Source: Jimgerdemannia flammicorona (Eukaryota). Taken from it: a stretch of 64,000 bases of DNA. Positions 1 through 13,690 of this stretch are shown here, one piece after another. The first letter of the stretch is position 1, and each line of letters starts with the position of its first letter. The stretch lies in the NCBI GenBank assembly GCA_003990765.1, contig RBNJ01000001.1:1-64000 (forward strand), read 5' to 3'. The position numbers and the translations under genes were made by a program. Below the pieces are notes generated by a model. It made no database searches. It was given only the letters and a program-made list of their open reading frames with translations, and was not told the DNA's origin.

Positions 1-677
1 TCGCAGAGCTTTTGGCGAACTTCGTCAGCTTGCAGTGGGGGGTATGGATGGAGTGGCCATGGGGTGCATTCTCAGCTAGCGGTGGGTTGCCATTCCAGAA
101 GGACGTATAGAGTTACCGTGGAGTGCACTTACTGTCATGTGACAGTTATAATATCCGTATGCCACTTATTTTTTTTTTTAATTATAATTATAATACCAGA
201 ATAATGTTCTAGAAACCTACTAAGGGTTACCAAATAACATTAAACTGGCATTTATCTCCCTCTTTGTTTTTTAACATCATACAATACAGTAGTATTGTAA
301 TTATAAAAAACGAGATAATTCACAAATTAGTGCGTGTCATAACCTCTATTTATTAGGTAAGACTTTTTATGGGATGGTAAATTTTTGCTTGTAAATCCAC
401 GTGATCATTATGGAAAAGTGTAGACTAAACGATGGTGCCGGCATTGAACTAGATGCGAGAATGATGGCGCCACTCTCTCGTCGAGACGGGACAAGTCCCC
501 CCCCCGCCTGATTCTAGCTTCACTTTTTATGACTCGATATAATTATGTTTATGTGGCTTATTATACGTCATCAGTTACGTCATTAGTAAGCAAATACCGT
601 CCTTTTTTTTTTTTAATAGTCACTTGGACTCCGTCTTTATTACCAGTCTATGAATAAGTATATAGTATCACTACCCA

Positions 678-3600
678 CTACTCAATTCCCATAGGGGAGT
701 CCTTCCCCACTTTCTCCTGAATAAAGATTATTCTCTCATTTACTACTCTAACTCTTCTCCCACTCTGTCTATAGATTTTCTCTATCAAGCAGCGCCTTTG
801 ACTACCCTGCAACCCCCAACCAAGCCATCAGTCTGTCAAGGTGTCTTCCATAAGACTATGTTACTGCAATAATTGGTCCCCCAAGCTCTATCTCCTCCTA
901 TCCTCAAATATAAATAGCTAGTGACTGATCAGCTCTATCTAAATGGCCAAAGTCTAGCCTAAGGTAAGCCACTCCTTTTCTACCCCCCTACCAATCGATT
1001 CCTCAAGTTCTCCCACCTCTCCCACACTTCATCTCCCCTATATCTTACCTCTAAACAATTTTCAATAGTCTGCCAAAAGTTCCCTAACATCTTGCACTCT
1101 CCTAGTCAATATTCAGATGTCTATATATAGTCCCCTTCCTGCTCTATATTATAGCACTTCTCATAGTCAAAGCAACCCCCTATAATAAGATGATCTGAGT
1201 AGAAGTTGAGCATTATATTCCTTCTTAGTATGTACCACCAGACCACCCAGTACTTCAGTGGTATCCACTTACTCACTGTGGTACTCTAAGTCTAAACACC
1301 ATGTTAGTTCCACTCCTCTCCAATTCCAACTCCTTACCAACTGCTAGGTTATAGATCCTGGCCCAGTCCCCTTTGGTATTCTATTCCATCATCAATATTG
1401 AACTCAATTAAAGGAATGCTACCTAGTAGTATATAATTCTATCTTTATATTACCAGGTCCCAAGCCACCTCCTCTTTATTTCCCAGCCAATGAATTTCAA
1501 TATAGTGCACCCCCTCTGCTATCCCCCACCAGAATCCTTTATATCACAATTGTTCAGTGCTCTGAAGTCTAACTAATGAAAGGAGATTACCAGTTGAGCC
1601 TCTTAGTGATGACCACCTCTCCCAGACCTTCTGTAGCAGGGAGACCCAACCACCTCCTCTCAACTCTACCACTCTCTTTAGCCACCATGCTCTCAAGTAG
1701 TGAAGCTATTTTAGAAAGTCAATCAGCCTAAGTCCATCTCTTGCCACCAGTAAGGACAAGGTCTCCTAACCAATCTGACTTCTCTTGCTAGCCCAGATCC
1801 ATTTCTTTGCCAGCTTCATCAATCTCCTTACCACCCAGGCTGGAAAGTCCAGATGATAAGCCAGATACTATAACTTCAGCAGTCAATAGACATTCAAAAT
1901 TGAGACATACTCCACTAGAGATAGGTGTCATCCCCCCCAACTCTGCAGGGCCTCCTCCCAGATTCCAATCCTCTGCTCTCACCAAAGCCTGTACAGAACT
2001 GACCCATAGACTGACAAGTAGATGCCCAAGTACCACACTAGGGATGATTGTTTCTATAACCTCTCCTCCCATCAGGCTATTGCCTAGCACTATTATTTCA
2101 CACATATGCTAATTAAGCTTAGCCCCAGAGTTCTCCTCATACTACTCCACTGTCTTCTTGAGCTCCTCGACATCAGCAATCGATCTTAAGCAAATCACCA
2201 TGTCATCTGCAAAGGCCCCAACTTTCCACCCAATTTCAAAAACAGAGAGTCCCACTATCTTCCACCTAATCCTGTCCATTAGGGGTTCCAGAGAAAGAGT
2301 ATACAAAATGGGGGACAGTGGGTCCCTCTGGGGCACCCTCCTAACTAGGGGGAATACTACTCCTCTATGTCCATTATACATGAGTACAGCCCTACTCCCT
2401 TCTAGTAGGCTGACTATTGCTGACCAGAATTGACACAGGACCCCAGTTCTATCTAATACTTTTGCCAGCCAGACTCACTACACTTGGTCATAAGCCTTCT
2501 CCTGGTCCAAGAAGACTAGTCACCCATCCAGTCTACAGGTCCTTATCTCTTCAATAACTCCATATACCCAGGCTGTACCATTCCTAATGAGCTGATCACC
2601 TACAAATCCCCTCTACTCAATACCCACGACTTGCTGGGCCACCTTCTGTAGCCTTGCAATCACTATCTTAGTCACCAACTTTCTGTCTATATCCAGCAGC
2701 ATTATTAGCCTCCAGTTCTTCCAATCCTCTTACCTTCTTTTGTTCTTATAAAGCAACATCACCAGCCCAAGATCCTGCTCCCCCACCCACCTCCCTGTCT
2801 ATAGTATAAAGTTATACAATGCTGTTATCTCTCCCATTACTCCTGGGACCCCCACCATTTGCTTCCAGAAGTTCCAGGGCAGACCATCCTCTCCAGGTGC
2901 CATGCCTGGCATCATTATGGCAAGAACTTGGTGGATCTCATCCTTCTGTACAAGTAACACCAAGTCACCTAGCCCCTCTACTTGTGGCAGGTGCCAATCC
3001 TCTAATGTCCAGTCAATGATAGCAGCATCTGCCCCACCCTCCTTCTCACTCCACAATCCCCTCCATTGCTCCTTCAATGATCTAAAAATATCCTGTACAC
3101 TATGTACTAATACCCCATCTAAGTCAAGTACCTCTTCCTACTATTGCTGTACCCTTCTTGCCCAAAGGGCCCTCATAAGAAACTTAAAAGGCCTCTCCCC
3201 TTCCTCCAGATCCTACCAACGAAGCCATGCTGCTAGGCTTTGTACCCTTGCTTCTTTCTCTTCCTGCAGCACCTGTTGTAATTCTCCAATCTCCATCTTC
3301 ACCCTCATTAATCTCCAATCTTCTTCCCCCTCCAACATCACTAGCCTCACCTACTCCTCCAGAAGCCTAGCCAATCTAGTAGAAGCCCAACATACCCTTC
3401 ATCTTCTCTGCTTCCCTGCCTCCTTGCCAGCCTCACTTCAGTAGATCTTGGCCATCTCTTTCATTCTTATCTACCAAATACCAACTGAGACATCTTCCTG
3501 CTACCAGTTCTCCACCCTTTGCTGAATGTCCTTAGCCCACTCATCTCACTGGGTCTTATCATCTAACAAAGAGGAATTTAGGTATCAATGTCCAGGCCCA

Positions 3601-4322
3601 TCCCCACTCCCCCCAAAGTGCTCCTGTCCTAAAAGCCCCCAGTGATCTGACCATGGACACCATTCCACCTCCAGTAACTTCCAAACATCTAAGCCCCAGC
3701 AACTGGTCATCAGAATTCAGTTGATCCTTATCTCCATGCCCCGTGCCCAATGTGTATAAACTCTCCTATCTCCTCAGTACTCTCTACTAGCATCTACTAG
3801 TATACTTAGACTTTCTACTTTCTTCCATGCTGCCAGCCCTCCACTCCTGCTCTCAGCTCCCTATTCTCCATTAGTTCTATCTATCTATATATTCCAAACC
3901 ATATTAAAATCTCCTCCAAGCATATCCATCCCAGCCTCTGTAAGGATCCCACTCTCCTGGAGACCCTTCACCCAATCTACATGCTCACCCCAAATAGTAG
4001 GGTAGTAACAGGAGCCAACTGTAACTGGCTCCCAGTCTGCATGAATCCACTCACCCCAGACCAGTCTCTCTCTCCAGCTCCTCATATCCCTTATCTCCCC
4101 TCTGCCTTTCCAAATTAGAATCCCAATCTTGTCCATCCAAATCACCACACCTCCCCATTCCTTCATCCATTCCATCCTATTGGAATCATCCTTACATCTG
4201 ACATTCTGTAAGAGGAAGAGATTGGCCTCTAATCCCTTCAGCTAAGTAAAAATGTTCCTTCATCTAACAGTGCCCCATAATCCATTCATGTTCAAAGAAA
4301 AAATATTGGTTGTACTGTTCAT
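678..4322 (-). pseudogene. LINE ORF2 (AP endonuclease + reverse transcriptase), many stops
   Basis: Starts MNSTTNIFSLNMNGL; contains MLGGDFN, APGEDGLP, PQRDPLSP and WKVGAFADD; colinear with 33151-36807. Confidence 0.9.
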
Positions 4323-4352
4323 GATAAAATATGTTATATTATCAATCAGTCT

Positions 4353-6374
4353 CTACTGCTCTATGTTCATCTCCTCCTATGCCATATTCAGATTATATTC
4401 TGCTGCCACCTCCCCCTCTTCAGCCCTCTGAGCCTCTAATCCAGCCAATAGTTCATTCATCTCCTCATCTGCCTCTCCTCAAACTCCTTCCAGTACTCTA
4501 TACAGGCCTCCTACCAGAGCTACAATCTATGATGCTTGTTCCAGCAGTATTCAGCCCTCTCCCCAGCAATAACTGCCAGCTCCGCCTCCTGCTCCTTATC
4601 CACCTCATACCTTTCCTTCTCTAGATATACTATAAGAATTTCTGCCTTCAATGCCATCATCACTCCATCTCTCTGCAGTATCTATGCTCAATGCTCATCA
4701 CCCATCTCTCTCAAGTCCACCTCCCCCAACTCTTCCACCACCAGGTTGTTCATCATCCAGCACACCCAAAGTAGGTTCCCCACCTCCTTCTCTCTAGGAG
4801 TCACTGACCTCCCTCTATCCAGTATTGTGGTATCAGCCTCAGTGCTCGCAGACTCATCCCATACCTCCAGGATGTCCACCAGTTCCTCTTCTCTGGCCAC
4901 CACCACCTGTCCCCTATTTGCTATCTCCAGAACTCCAAATTTCACTCGCTAGGCCCCCTACATTGGCACATCCTCCACCACCCTGTTTTGGGAAGCTGGG
5001 CCTCATCTGATAAAAGGAGTAGGGGTAGAGAAGTCCTCCCAGACCTCCTCTCAAACCTTAAATGTACTATTAGCATACAGGTCATTACCAGTTATCTCCT
5101 TATCCTCCCCTGTCTCCTTCCCAGCATTTCCACCCCCCTCGCTGGCCCAGACACTCACTTTGGCCCCCCCCATATCCTTCATCTGGCTCATATCCCTCAG
5201 TAGTCTGCCTTCCAGCTTAGCCAGCAGATCCTTCTGTCTCTTATGCCCCTGAGCCCTTTCTCAATACTCCTTGTCCACTCGAATCTGCTTTCCATCCACC
5301 ACCTCCAAGTACATTAACTCCACAAAAGCCTTTCAAGTCTTTGCTCACCACTCTACAGCACTACTCAACTCTTCTAGTGCTTCTAATAAATTTTCTTCCT
5401 CCTCCTCACTTCCCTTTACCCTTATTACCTTGTACAAGATTGCTCCCCAGACCATCACCAAAGGCCAGTCTCTCACCTTCTCAGTAGCTTCTTTTCCAGC
5501 TAACTGAATCCTCACATCCATATCACCAGTCCTGAGCAAGGTCCCTTCCCAGACCCTGAATCTAATATCTACCACCTCTCCATATTCTGCCATGACTTCA
5601 TCAACTCTTCTTTTTGTCTCCATCACTATCACCATAGGCACTCCTTTCACCAGCAGTTGGACCACCCTGGGATCCCATTTCAGGCAACATGCCATCAGAA
5701 CACACACCTCCCCAACTACCAATCCAATCTTTAGCACCTCCTCCAGCAGCTCAGCCTTCTCAAAACCCACCTCCACTCCCTTTAGTCCCTTCAAAAACTT
5801 CACTAATGCAGCTCCTGCCATCTGCTTAGTGATAAGCCCTAGCACCATTTTCACTATTACTGCTAAGCCCCAGAAGCATAGTATAACTGCAAATACTGAG
5901 ATTTATTTTTTGAGTAATGGGGCCCCACCAGGCCCATTATGCCATCTGCCAGGTCACCTTATCTTCCAAGCCTCAACTGCTCAGCCACTCCATCAGCTGT
6001 TACATCTGGATTTTTTCCAGATTAGCAGTCTCATTGCCATCAGTAGTCACACTCCCCCCAGCCACTACTCTCTCAGCTCTACTGCCCCCACTTCCAAGAG
6101 CTACTCCTCTATACACTACTATCTTCTCGGTCCCCTTACTCTTCTTCAGCCAGCCCTCCAGTTCTGATGCCTGCTGTCTCCCCTTCATCATCTCTGCAAA
6201 GCTTACCCTCCCAGACCCTTGGCCTCTACCACTACCTCCACCCCTTCCATGTCCATCTGCCAGCAGCCCCCTCATACCCTCCCCCAGGCCTGGGCCTCTC
6301 CCCACCTGCTGCCAGTCAAAAGTGCTTGGGCCACCCTGTCCAGTACATATCTCAGATTGCCTGTTGGTCACTAT
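4353..6374 (-). pseudogene. LINE ORF1 (Gly/RGG-rich N-terminus, RRM-like core, acidic coiled-coil C-terminus)
   Basis: ORF fragments 6000-6473, 5345-5854 and 4688-4945 align with ORF1 of copy 2; start codon mutated ATG>ATA. Confidence 0.85.
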
Positions 6375-7509
6375 GTTGTTAGTCTCTTTTCTCCAAAAAT
6401 GATGTTGTAAGTACTTTTCCAAAGGTTGTGTAATCTGAATGATACTGGAGAAAGGAGTTAGTGTGGTGAGCAAATACTGCCCTTATCAAAAACCATATAA
6501 TTACAACAGTTTAGTCTCAATTCTCTTTTAAAAATAACCAACTTATCTAAACTATGCCTGCATCTACTTATTCACCTTGACCATGAGTATGATAACTAAG
6601 TCTCTCTAGTTGCTCTTTCAATATGCAAATTAATCAAAACTGTGCAGCCTATGATTTCCTGTCATTTGCACTAGTTTACTGCCCAATGGATACTAAAGGA
6701 AAGTATTAATAATATAATATGTACACAGAAGTAATGTAACATTAAATAAACGTAGACTGTTATTGCTTAATAGTTAATTGAACATTCTTGTTAGGCCTGA
6801 AAGAACATATCTAGCAAATCAGTTTCAGATCATCAAGGGCTATTCTATTTTGTATAGTATTAGTTATTGATTGGTGATGTAGATGAAGTGACCTAATTCA
6901 CTTGTCAATACATAACAACATAATGTGCAAAGTGACATATTGACTTAATTATTTTTATTCTCGCTTCTCAACTCTCAAACTAATCAGAATACACTATTCC
7001 GCTCATCCATCAACCTTTCTCCTAACTGCCCAATGAATGTTCCCCTATATAAGGAATTCAGAGTTCTTTACCAGAGACTTCTTTTCTAAATCTCCCAAAC
7101 TCTGCTTAATTTAACCCATTGCCTACAACAAGTACAGCTCTAGAGTATGAAATCTAAGTTCTCTGTTGTACTGGAACATCTCACCCAGTTGCCTATTTCA
7201 GGTCTACAGTCACAATCTCATCGTTGGTGCACATTCGTGGTACTATAGGGAAAATGTGAGGTTCAGTATCACATGAACTATGGATGGGGTGAGAGGAGGA
7301 AGGGGGTGTGAGGTGTGTGGGTAACAATGAGAGAAGGTATAAATTTCATGAACTTACATACAGTCATCACTTTGATGAGGTTTGGGCCACTATAGTTGGA
7401 GAAAATCGAAGTCAGATTAAGTGGGCTCTGTGGTTGCTGCAATAAGTTTACCCCCCCCCTCCTCCTTTATATATGCATAATTTAAACAATTTGAATAAGT
7501 ATCTAGCTT

Positions 7510-7770
7510 GGTAATTTCCAACTACTACCCAGAAGTCTCTAAGAATCTCATACTCACTTAGCTAATATTTAGACATTTGTACAAAGTCTCTCTCCTATTC
7601 TATATTATAATACTCCTCACAATCAAAGTAGCCACCATCTACCAAGTAACCTAACTGAAAGTTCAATATAATATTCCTCTGCAATAAATACTACCACACT
7701 ATTTAGAACTTTAGAGAAAGCCATTACTATACCTTAGTACTCCAGGACTAGACAGTTGCTCAGTCTCACT
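7510..7770 (-). mobile_element. Highly degenerate fragment of a related LINE (ORF2 C-terminal region)
   Basis: Aligns by eye with 1065-1300 (e.g. ...ctatattataatactcctcacaatcaaagtagcc... vs ...ctatattatagcacttctcatagtcaaagcaacc...). Confidence 0.7.
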
Positions 7771-8311
7771 CTTTACCAATCTCAATCTTATTTGTCTTAT
7801 TTATAATATATTACTTAATTATAGTATTATTACTTATTATATTATATAATCATTCATCACAATATGTAATTCTTATTACATATAGCCATTCTCATAATTA
7901 TTAAATATCAATAGACCTTTACCAAATTGCTCTCTGTTAATATATAAATTTCTGAAAGCTCTGATCCAAATAAAGTTCAAAAATATTTTAAAAGAATTTA
8001 ATACTTTCAAGTCTTTTACTACTAATATAAACTGAGAAATATTATAAAATAGAATAAATTATTTATCAATAGACTACTCTTAATAAAGCCAAATAGTTAT
8101 CTTACTTTTTTATCAATAACCATATCTATATTATTACAAAGAGACTATATATTCTTTTCTATATATAACTCTAAGTTCTCAACTATGTATCTCTATAGAA
8201 TATCTCTTGAAAATATTATCAATCTGACTGACAAATATTAGAGTAATATCACCTTCTAATTAGTTCAATATATAGTCCTTTAGTTTGATAAATATTTTAA
8301 ATTTAGTATAG

Positions 8312-8839
8312 TATAATAAACATATATATTATAGAGAACAATTATGCTTATTAAAGTACAAAAGTACTTTAATATAGTTAAGTCAGATAAAATCTGAGAC
8401 TTTAGACTATATATTAGCAAATGTTCAAATACAAATATATAACTAGATTTTAAGAAATAGAACTTGAGAAGTTTAATAACTTTTAAGAGATTTAAGTAAA
8501 TGTGTGATAACTAACTAGACTGAGCTTTACTGAGATATTTTGAGAGAGTATTTATACAAGAGAAATAGAAAGAAAAAAAAACAGATAGAATATTACTAAG
8601 CTAGATACTGAGTAATAAGTCATACTTGGCAGAACTTGGTAGAATATTATAGAGAGTTACTAATCATTGATTAGTAATTTATAGAATCTTGGTAGAACTA
8701 TTTAGAAAACAGGTTCTTGACAAATAACTAAGTAATTCTATACTATTCTAAGCTATTCTAGAATATTCTACTGAATAATATAATAATGAAAAAGATGATA
8801 ATTAGGTAAAAATAAAATAGAATAAAGAGGATTATTATA
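8312..8839 (-). repeat. 3' LTR of Gypsy A
   Basis: About 530-bp direct repeat of 63326-63795; termini decayed from TG..CA to TA..TA; TATA context CTTGTATAAATACT on minus. Confidence 0.85.
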
Positions 8840-8889
8840 TTCTCTCTTACTTGAAAGAGAATATTACCCTCAATATTCATATTTATAGA

Positions 8890-9493
8890 GATCACATTAG
8901 ATATTCTTGAGATTCCCAATAGATTTTCAAGTACTGTCATATTCAGAATAGCCTACCTATTTGATAAGGTATTTAGTGTGATTATAATATATATATTTGT
9001 CAAGAATTTTTTCAACTTTATACTTAATATAACTATAAATCAAAAGAGGTGCTAATGGCTGAGAAGTTCAGTTTGGATACTTATATAGACTATTATAGTA
9101 TAGCTTAAGCAGAGAGATATAGAAAACAGAATATATACATATATATAGATGGTCTATAGTAGTATTAACTTATATGCTACTAGATACTTGTTCAAATATC
9201 TCATAGAAATCAATGTATCTTTTTTGAAGTTTCTTAGAAAGGTAGTTGACTTGAGATATCAAATTAAGATTTATAGTAGACAGGAGTACTTGATTATTAA
9301 TCTTGAATTTGATCTTCTATCTCCTAGTATTGATATATTTGGCTTATTATGTCTGGGCCTTAAGTAAGTTATCTTTGGTAACTTAAATTATTATAGCTAT
9401 ATTATTAATGAGATCTTGAGTGGTAGGAATTTTAGAGAGTTTTTTTTTCAACTTAAGCAAGTAGGCTGAATAGAGTTTATATATCTTAACTAT
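8890..9493 (-). pseudogene. pol: Gypsy A integrase C-terminus and chromodomain
   Basis: Manual translation KYKVEKILDKYIYYNHTKYLIK*VGYSEYDST*KSIGNLKN; both stops sit at conserved chromodomain Trp positions. Confidence 0.85.
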
Positions 9494-10811
9494 TGTAATG
9501 TACCTGGCTTAATGGAGGCAAATTATAAGGTTGGGGATTGATGTAGTTTGGCTTGAGCCCCCAGTTACTTTGTTAAAAGCAATAAAATGTTCTTGGTATT
9601 TAGCAGTATAATAGTCAAGATCTGGATACTGTACAAGTGGTTTCCTTTTTAGGACAGGTTCTTGGGTATAGTGGCAGTTTGTGTGAGTGGTTTCCTTCTT
9701 GGATGATGGTTAATTTGTGTGTAGCATGTGCAGATTCCTTATTTGGGTCAACTGAGAATGCTATAATTTAGTGTAGTGAGGCAATCTTCTAAAGTACGTG
9801 ATTTCTGACATAATGATCTCTTATGTAGTATGATGATCTCTGTATAGTATGAGTGAATTTCCTTATACAGGTCAACTGAGAATGCAGCAATCTAGTAGAT
9901 AACTCAATTTGGTGGATGATTTAAATAAATTGGGTAAGGTGGATAATTCAGATAACTCAGATGAGGTAGATAACTTGATAACTCAGATAACTTGAATGTG
10001 GATAATTCGAATAATGTAAATTTGGCAGATTCCTGGCTTTGTCTAGTAAGTATACCAAAATATAGTGGATTCACTGAGAATACTGATAAATATAGCAAGC
10101 TCTCTGGGAATAATAACTCAGGCAACAGGCTTTACTGGAAATAGTAGATAACTCGAAAATAGCAGATAATGTAGATTTGGTGGGCTTCTGGCTTTGTCTG
10201 GCAAGTGAACCAAAACATAGTAGCTTATTCCTTAAGTGGCAGATTACTCAAAAGGTGGCAAAGTTCTTCACTCAAACTTAGGCAGTAAATCTTCAGGCTT
10301 ATCTGGCAAGCAAACCAAAAATGGACTCTTCTTTATATCAGAAAGTAGACCAGAGTGGAAGAGAAGAGAACTAAGCTTACAACTTCTTAACAAGGACTCA
10401 TTGGCAGGCATATCTCCTAAGTATTGCAATCCAATTCCTTTAGGATCAAGTGGCTTTTGGCAGATATTTCTTCTAAGTATACTAGACAATTGACTTTTGC
10501 TTTGGTTTGTATTTAACATTTGGACTGAGGTTTATTCACTCTTATCTCTGGGGTATTTTATATATTATGATTGCTATCTGGTTACTATCCAGCTAACTAT
10601 AGATTTACTATTTATGGTGTATTTGGGTAGATGACCACTGTCCAGTAGACAGCTACTGTCTAAGAGATAGCCACTGTTTGCATTATTTCCTTCTTTGGCT
10701 ATCTGGTTATTTATACATTTTCTATAGTAATGGTTACTGGTTACTATGCTATGCTAATGTTTATGTCACCTGGTTAGGTTTCGAGATTGCTATGTTTTGT
10801 AGTTTGTCACA
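9494..10811 (-). repeat. 3' LTR of Gypsy B
   Basis: Direct repeat of 18353-19668; TATAAATACCC near 10555 and AATAAA near 10532 on minus. Confidence 0.95.
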
Positions 10812-10850
10812 TCAGCCCCCACTAAAGAGTAGTCTGTCCCAGACTATCCT

Positions 10851-11357
10851 TTAGTCATCATTATAATAAGCATAGGCATCTTCTGCATCTATGCCTATTC
10901 CATCATCATCTTCTTCTGTACCTGGGTCACTCCATTCTAGCTCTGGATCTTCTTCTTATTCTTCAGGAAACAGAATGTCTACTTGTTGAAGAATACTCTG
11001 AAAGATGGTCTCATTCATCTGATGAATATTGTTGAGATAGAAGTGAGACTGCACCAGGGCTCCAACATTTTGTTTGTACAAGATGTAGATTTGTTTAGCA
11101 GTTCTTGCTTCTCGGCAGATTATGCCAGCTGCTCCTCCAATATATGGCTGTTCTTGAAGTAGTTGTCTGATATTATAGAAGGCCTATAGATGGTGGATCT
11201 GTAACAATCTTTAGGTGATGGCAAGGTTCTCTTGATACTTCTAGATCAATTGTATTAGGGTTTCTTCAAGTTGGTAGAACTGGGGTAAGAGAATTGGTAG
11301 GGCTTGAAAGGAACTAAGGATGAGGGTTCAAAGGCACTGATCTATCCTTTGGATCAT
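10851..11357 (-). pseudogene. Gypsy B accessory ORF3 (~168 aa, helical, acidic tail; unknown function)
   Basis: ATG overlaps the pol stop (ATGA). One frame with 5 internal stops, each explainable by C>T. Reads ...AFYNIRQLL...RTAKQIYILY...NNIHQMNETIFQSILQQV...EEDDDG...YYNDD*. Confidence 0.7.
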
Positions 11358-13690
11358 AGTTTGTATAGGTATATCTTGAGTCAGTTGATGTGAACTGGAG
11401 TCCTTAAGATACATCTATCCATGCTTCTTAAATAGATGCTGATTTCTCTGATGTTGTGTATAAGATAAGGTCCTTCCCATTTGGGTTCCAGTTTGGTGGC
11501 AAAATTCATTTCAATCATGCTTCTCCAAACTAGTACTTGATCTCCAATCTTGATCTCCTGATCCTTCTGTTTTTGGTTATAATACTTCTTTTGTCTTTCT
11601 TGGGCTTTGATAATCTGACCTCGGGCTTAATTATATAACTATTCTGCCTTCTTGAGAAGGTCTCCAAGATTCTCATGGTCAGTGATTCTGGTTTTCTTAG
11701 CAAACATCATTTTGAATAGCTTTTGTTTAGTGGAGGCAGCAGGGGTGTTCTGAATTTCCATAGGATCTTGGGTAAGCAGAGGTCCCAATTGGTAGGATTG
11801 ACTCAGGCAAGTCCTTTCTTAATGATCTGATTCATTCTCTCTATCATGCCATTGGTCTGAGGGTGGTATGATGTGGTCTACTTGAGGTGGATCTTGTGAA
11901 TTCAGATATAACTTATGATTATGTTATTGATGAATTCTGTACCTCAGTTGGAGATGAGTTCTTCTGGGGGTATATATCTGAGTGTGAGTTCATGGAGAAG
12001 GCCTACAATAGTTAAGGCATCTGCAATTTCTATTGAGAAAGCCTCAGACTACTTGGTCAGATGTTCTACAAGTACAAGAATATATCTGTTTCTTCTTGGT
12101 ATAACTGGTAGAGGTCCAATTACATCTATTCCCCATCTCTGAAAGATATTGTCTGGTGGTACAATTAGTTGCAGTGGTGCTTGATAGTTCTTCCTTCCTT
12201 AGTACTTCTGGCAGATATCATATTTCTTAACTATGTTCTGGACTTATACTCTAAGGTTGAGCCAGTGTTGGTATATTATTCATAGCTTCTCTTCTATATT
12301 CACCTATCCTTGATAGGCTTTCTGATGTTCTTTTCAGATGAGATCTTCTTGTATCTTGATGGTCTGAGGAGTTTTCTTTAGGGTGTAGTTTCTTGAGACA
12401 TCTTTCTTCTGGTTTATGGGGGCTGGCAGGAAAGTACATCAACATTATTGTAAGCTTTCCCTACTTTGTGGATGATGGTGATTTTATAATCCTGAAGGAT
12501 AAGGATCCAGCAGGCTAGAATTCTAGTGGGTTCCTTATAGTTGAATAACTATTTAAGAGCTGCATGGTCTGTAATTAGAGTGAATCTTTTTCCAATAAGG
12601 TAATGCTTGAACAGAGTGACCACCCATATGACTGCAAGAAATTCCAGTTTGGTGCTACTATAGTTCATCTGCTGCTGATTGGTAGCTCTACTTGCATAAG
12701 CTATCACATGGTACTGTTGATCAGGTCCTTTTTAGACTAGAACTACTCCAAGACCATCTTTAGAGGCATCTATATATAAGATGAATGGCTTCTATAGATT
12801 GGGGCATACAAGGATTGATGCTGTAGTCATGTAGTTCTTGAGTTCTTTGAAGGCTTTTTCTTGTAATTCTGTCCATTTAAATGGTACTCCTTTTTTGAGA
12901 AGGATTCAGATTAGGGCAGCAATTTGGGCAAAGTTCTTGATAAACCTTCTATAGTAGGATACTAGCATCAGGAATGATAGTATTTCCTTTGGGGTTTTGG
13001 GTATTGGCCAATTGTTGATCTTCTCAGTTTTCTTTGGGTCTGTATGAGTTCCTTCTTTCAAAACTATAAATTCAAGGAATTCAAGTTTCTGTTTCCTGAA
13101 GTAGCATTTCTTTGCATTCAATCTTAAGTAGTTCTTGTGGATGAGCTTGAAGAATTCCTCTAGGTAGTGCAGGTGTTCTTCAAAATTTGCTAAATAGATG
13201 TTGGAATCATCTATATACACAATTAGACAGTAGTGGATCAAGGGAGCATAGACTGAGTTCATCATCCTCTGAAAGGTAGGGGGTGTATTGCAGAGTCCAA
13301 AGGGCATTTGGAGGTATTCAAACATTTTTCCTAAGGCAAGGAAGGCTGTCTTTTGAATATCTTTGGGGTCCATGGGAATCTCATAAAATCCTGCAAAGAG
13401 ATCTATACTGCTGAAGTATCTGATATCTTATAACTAATCCAAAAGGTCATCAATTCTAGGCAAAGGATAGGTATCCTTTTCAGTGACTGAATTGAGTTTC
13501 CTGTAATCTACACAAAGTCTCCATCCTCCTTTCTTTGGTACAATAAGTATAGGGCTAGCCCAGGGGCTGGTAGAGGGTCGGATAACTCCATTGTCTAAGA
13601 GTTCTTGAATGTACTCCTTTTCAAATGGTTTCAAATGATGGGGTATTCTATAGGGTTTCTGCTGGATGGGTGTTGCATTTCCTATATTTA
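11354..13690 (-). pseudogene. pol: Gypsy B RT - RNase H - integrase
   Basis: [45 protein letters not shown]; integrase GIDVIGPLP and C-terminal KLEPKWEGPY. Confidence 0.92.

Larger units (their letters stand above)
603..6465 (-). mobile_element. Full-length decayed non-LTR retrotransposon (LINE, L1/Tx1-like), copy 1
   Basis: Poly(T) at 603-614 is the poly(A) tail. Homologous end to end to 31010-36883. Degenerate 17-bp TSD GTAAGCAAATACCGTCC (586-602) vs GTGAGCAAATACTGCCC (6466-6482). RT remnants VPQRDPLSP and AFADD. Confidence 0.95.

Noticed and set aside
6483-7460. Possible host gene fragment or promoter (TATATAA near 7046)
   Set aside because: No ORF or motif I can support; left unassigned.
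9904-10519. Short ORFs present in both B LTRs
   Set aside because: Mostly non-ATG starts, downstream of the TATA and poly(A) signal, built partly from short repeats; presence in both copies reflects LTR identity only.
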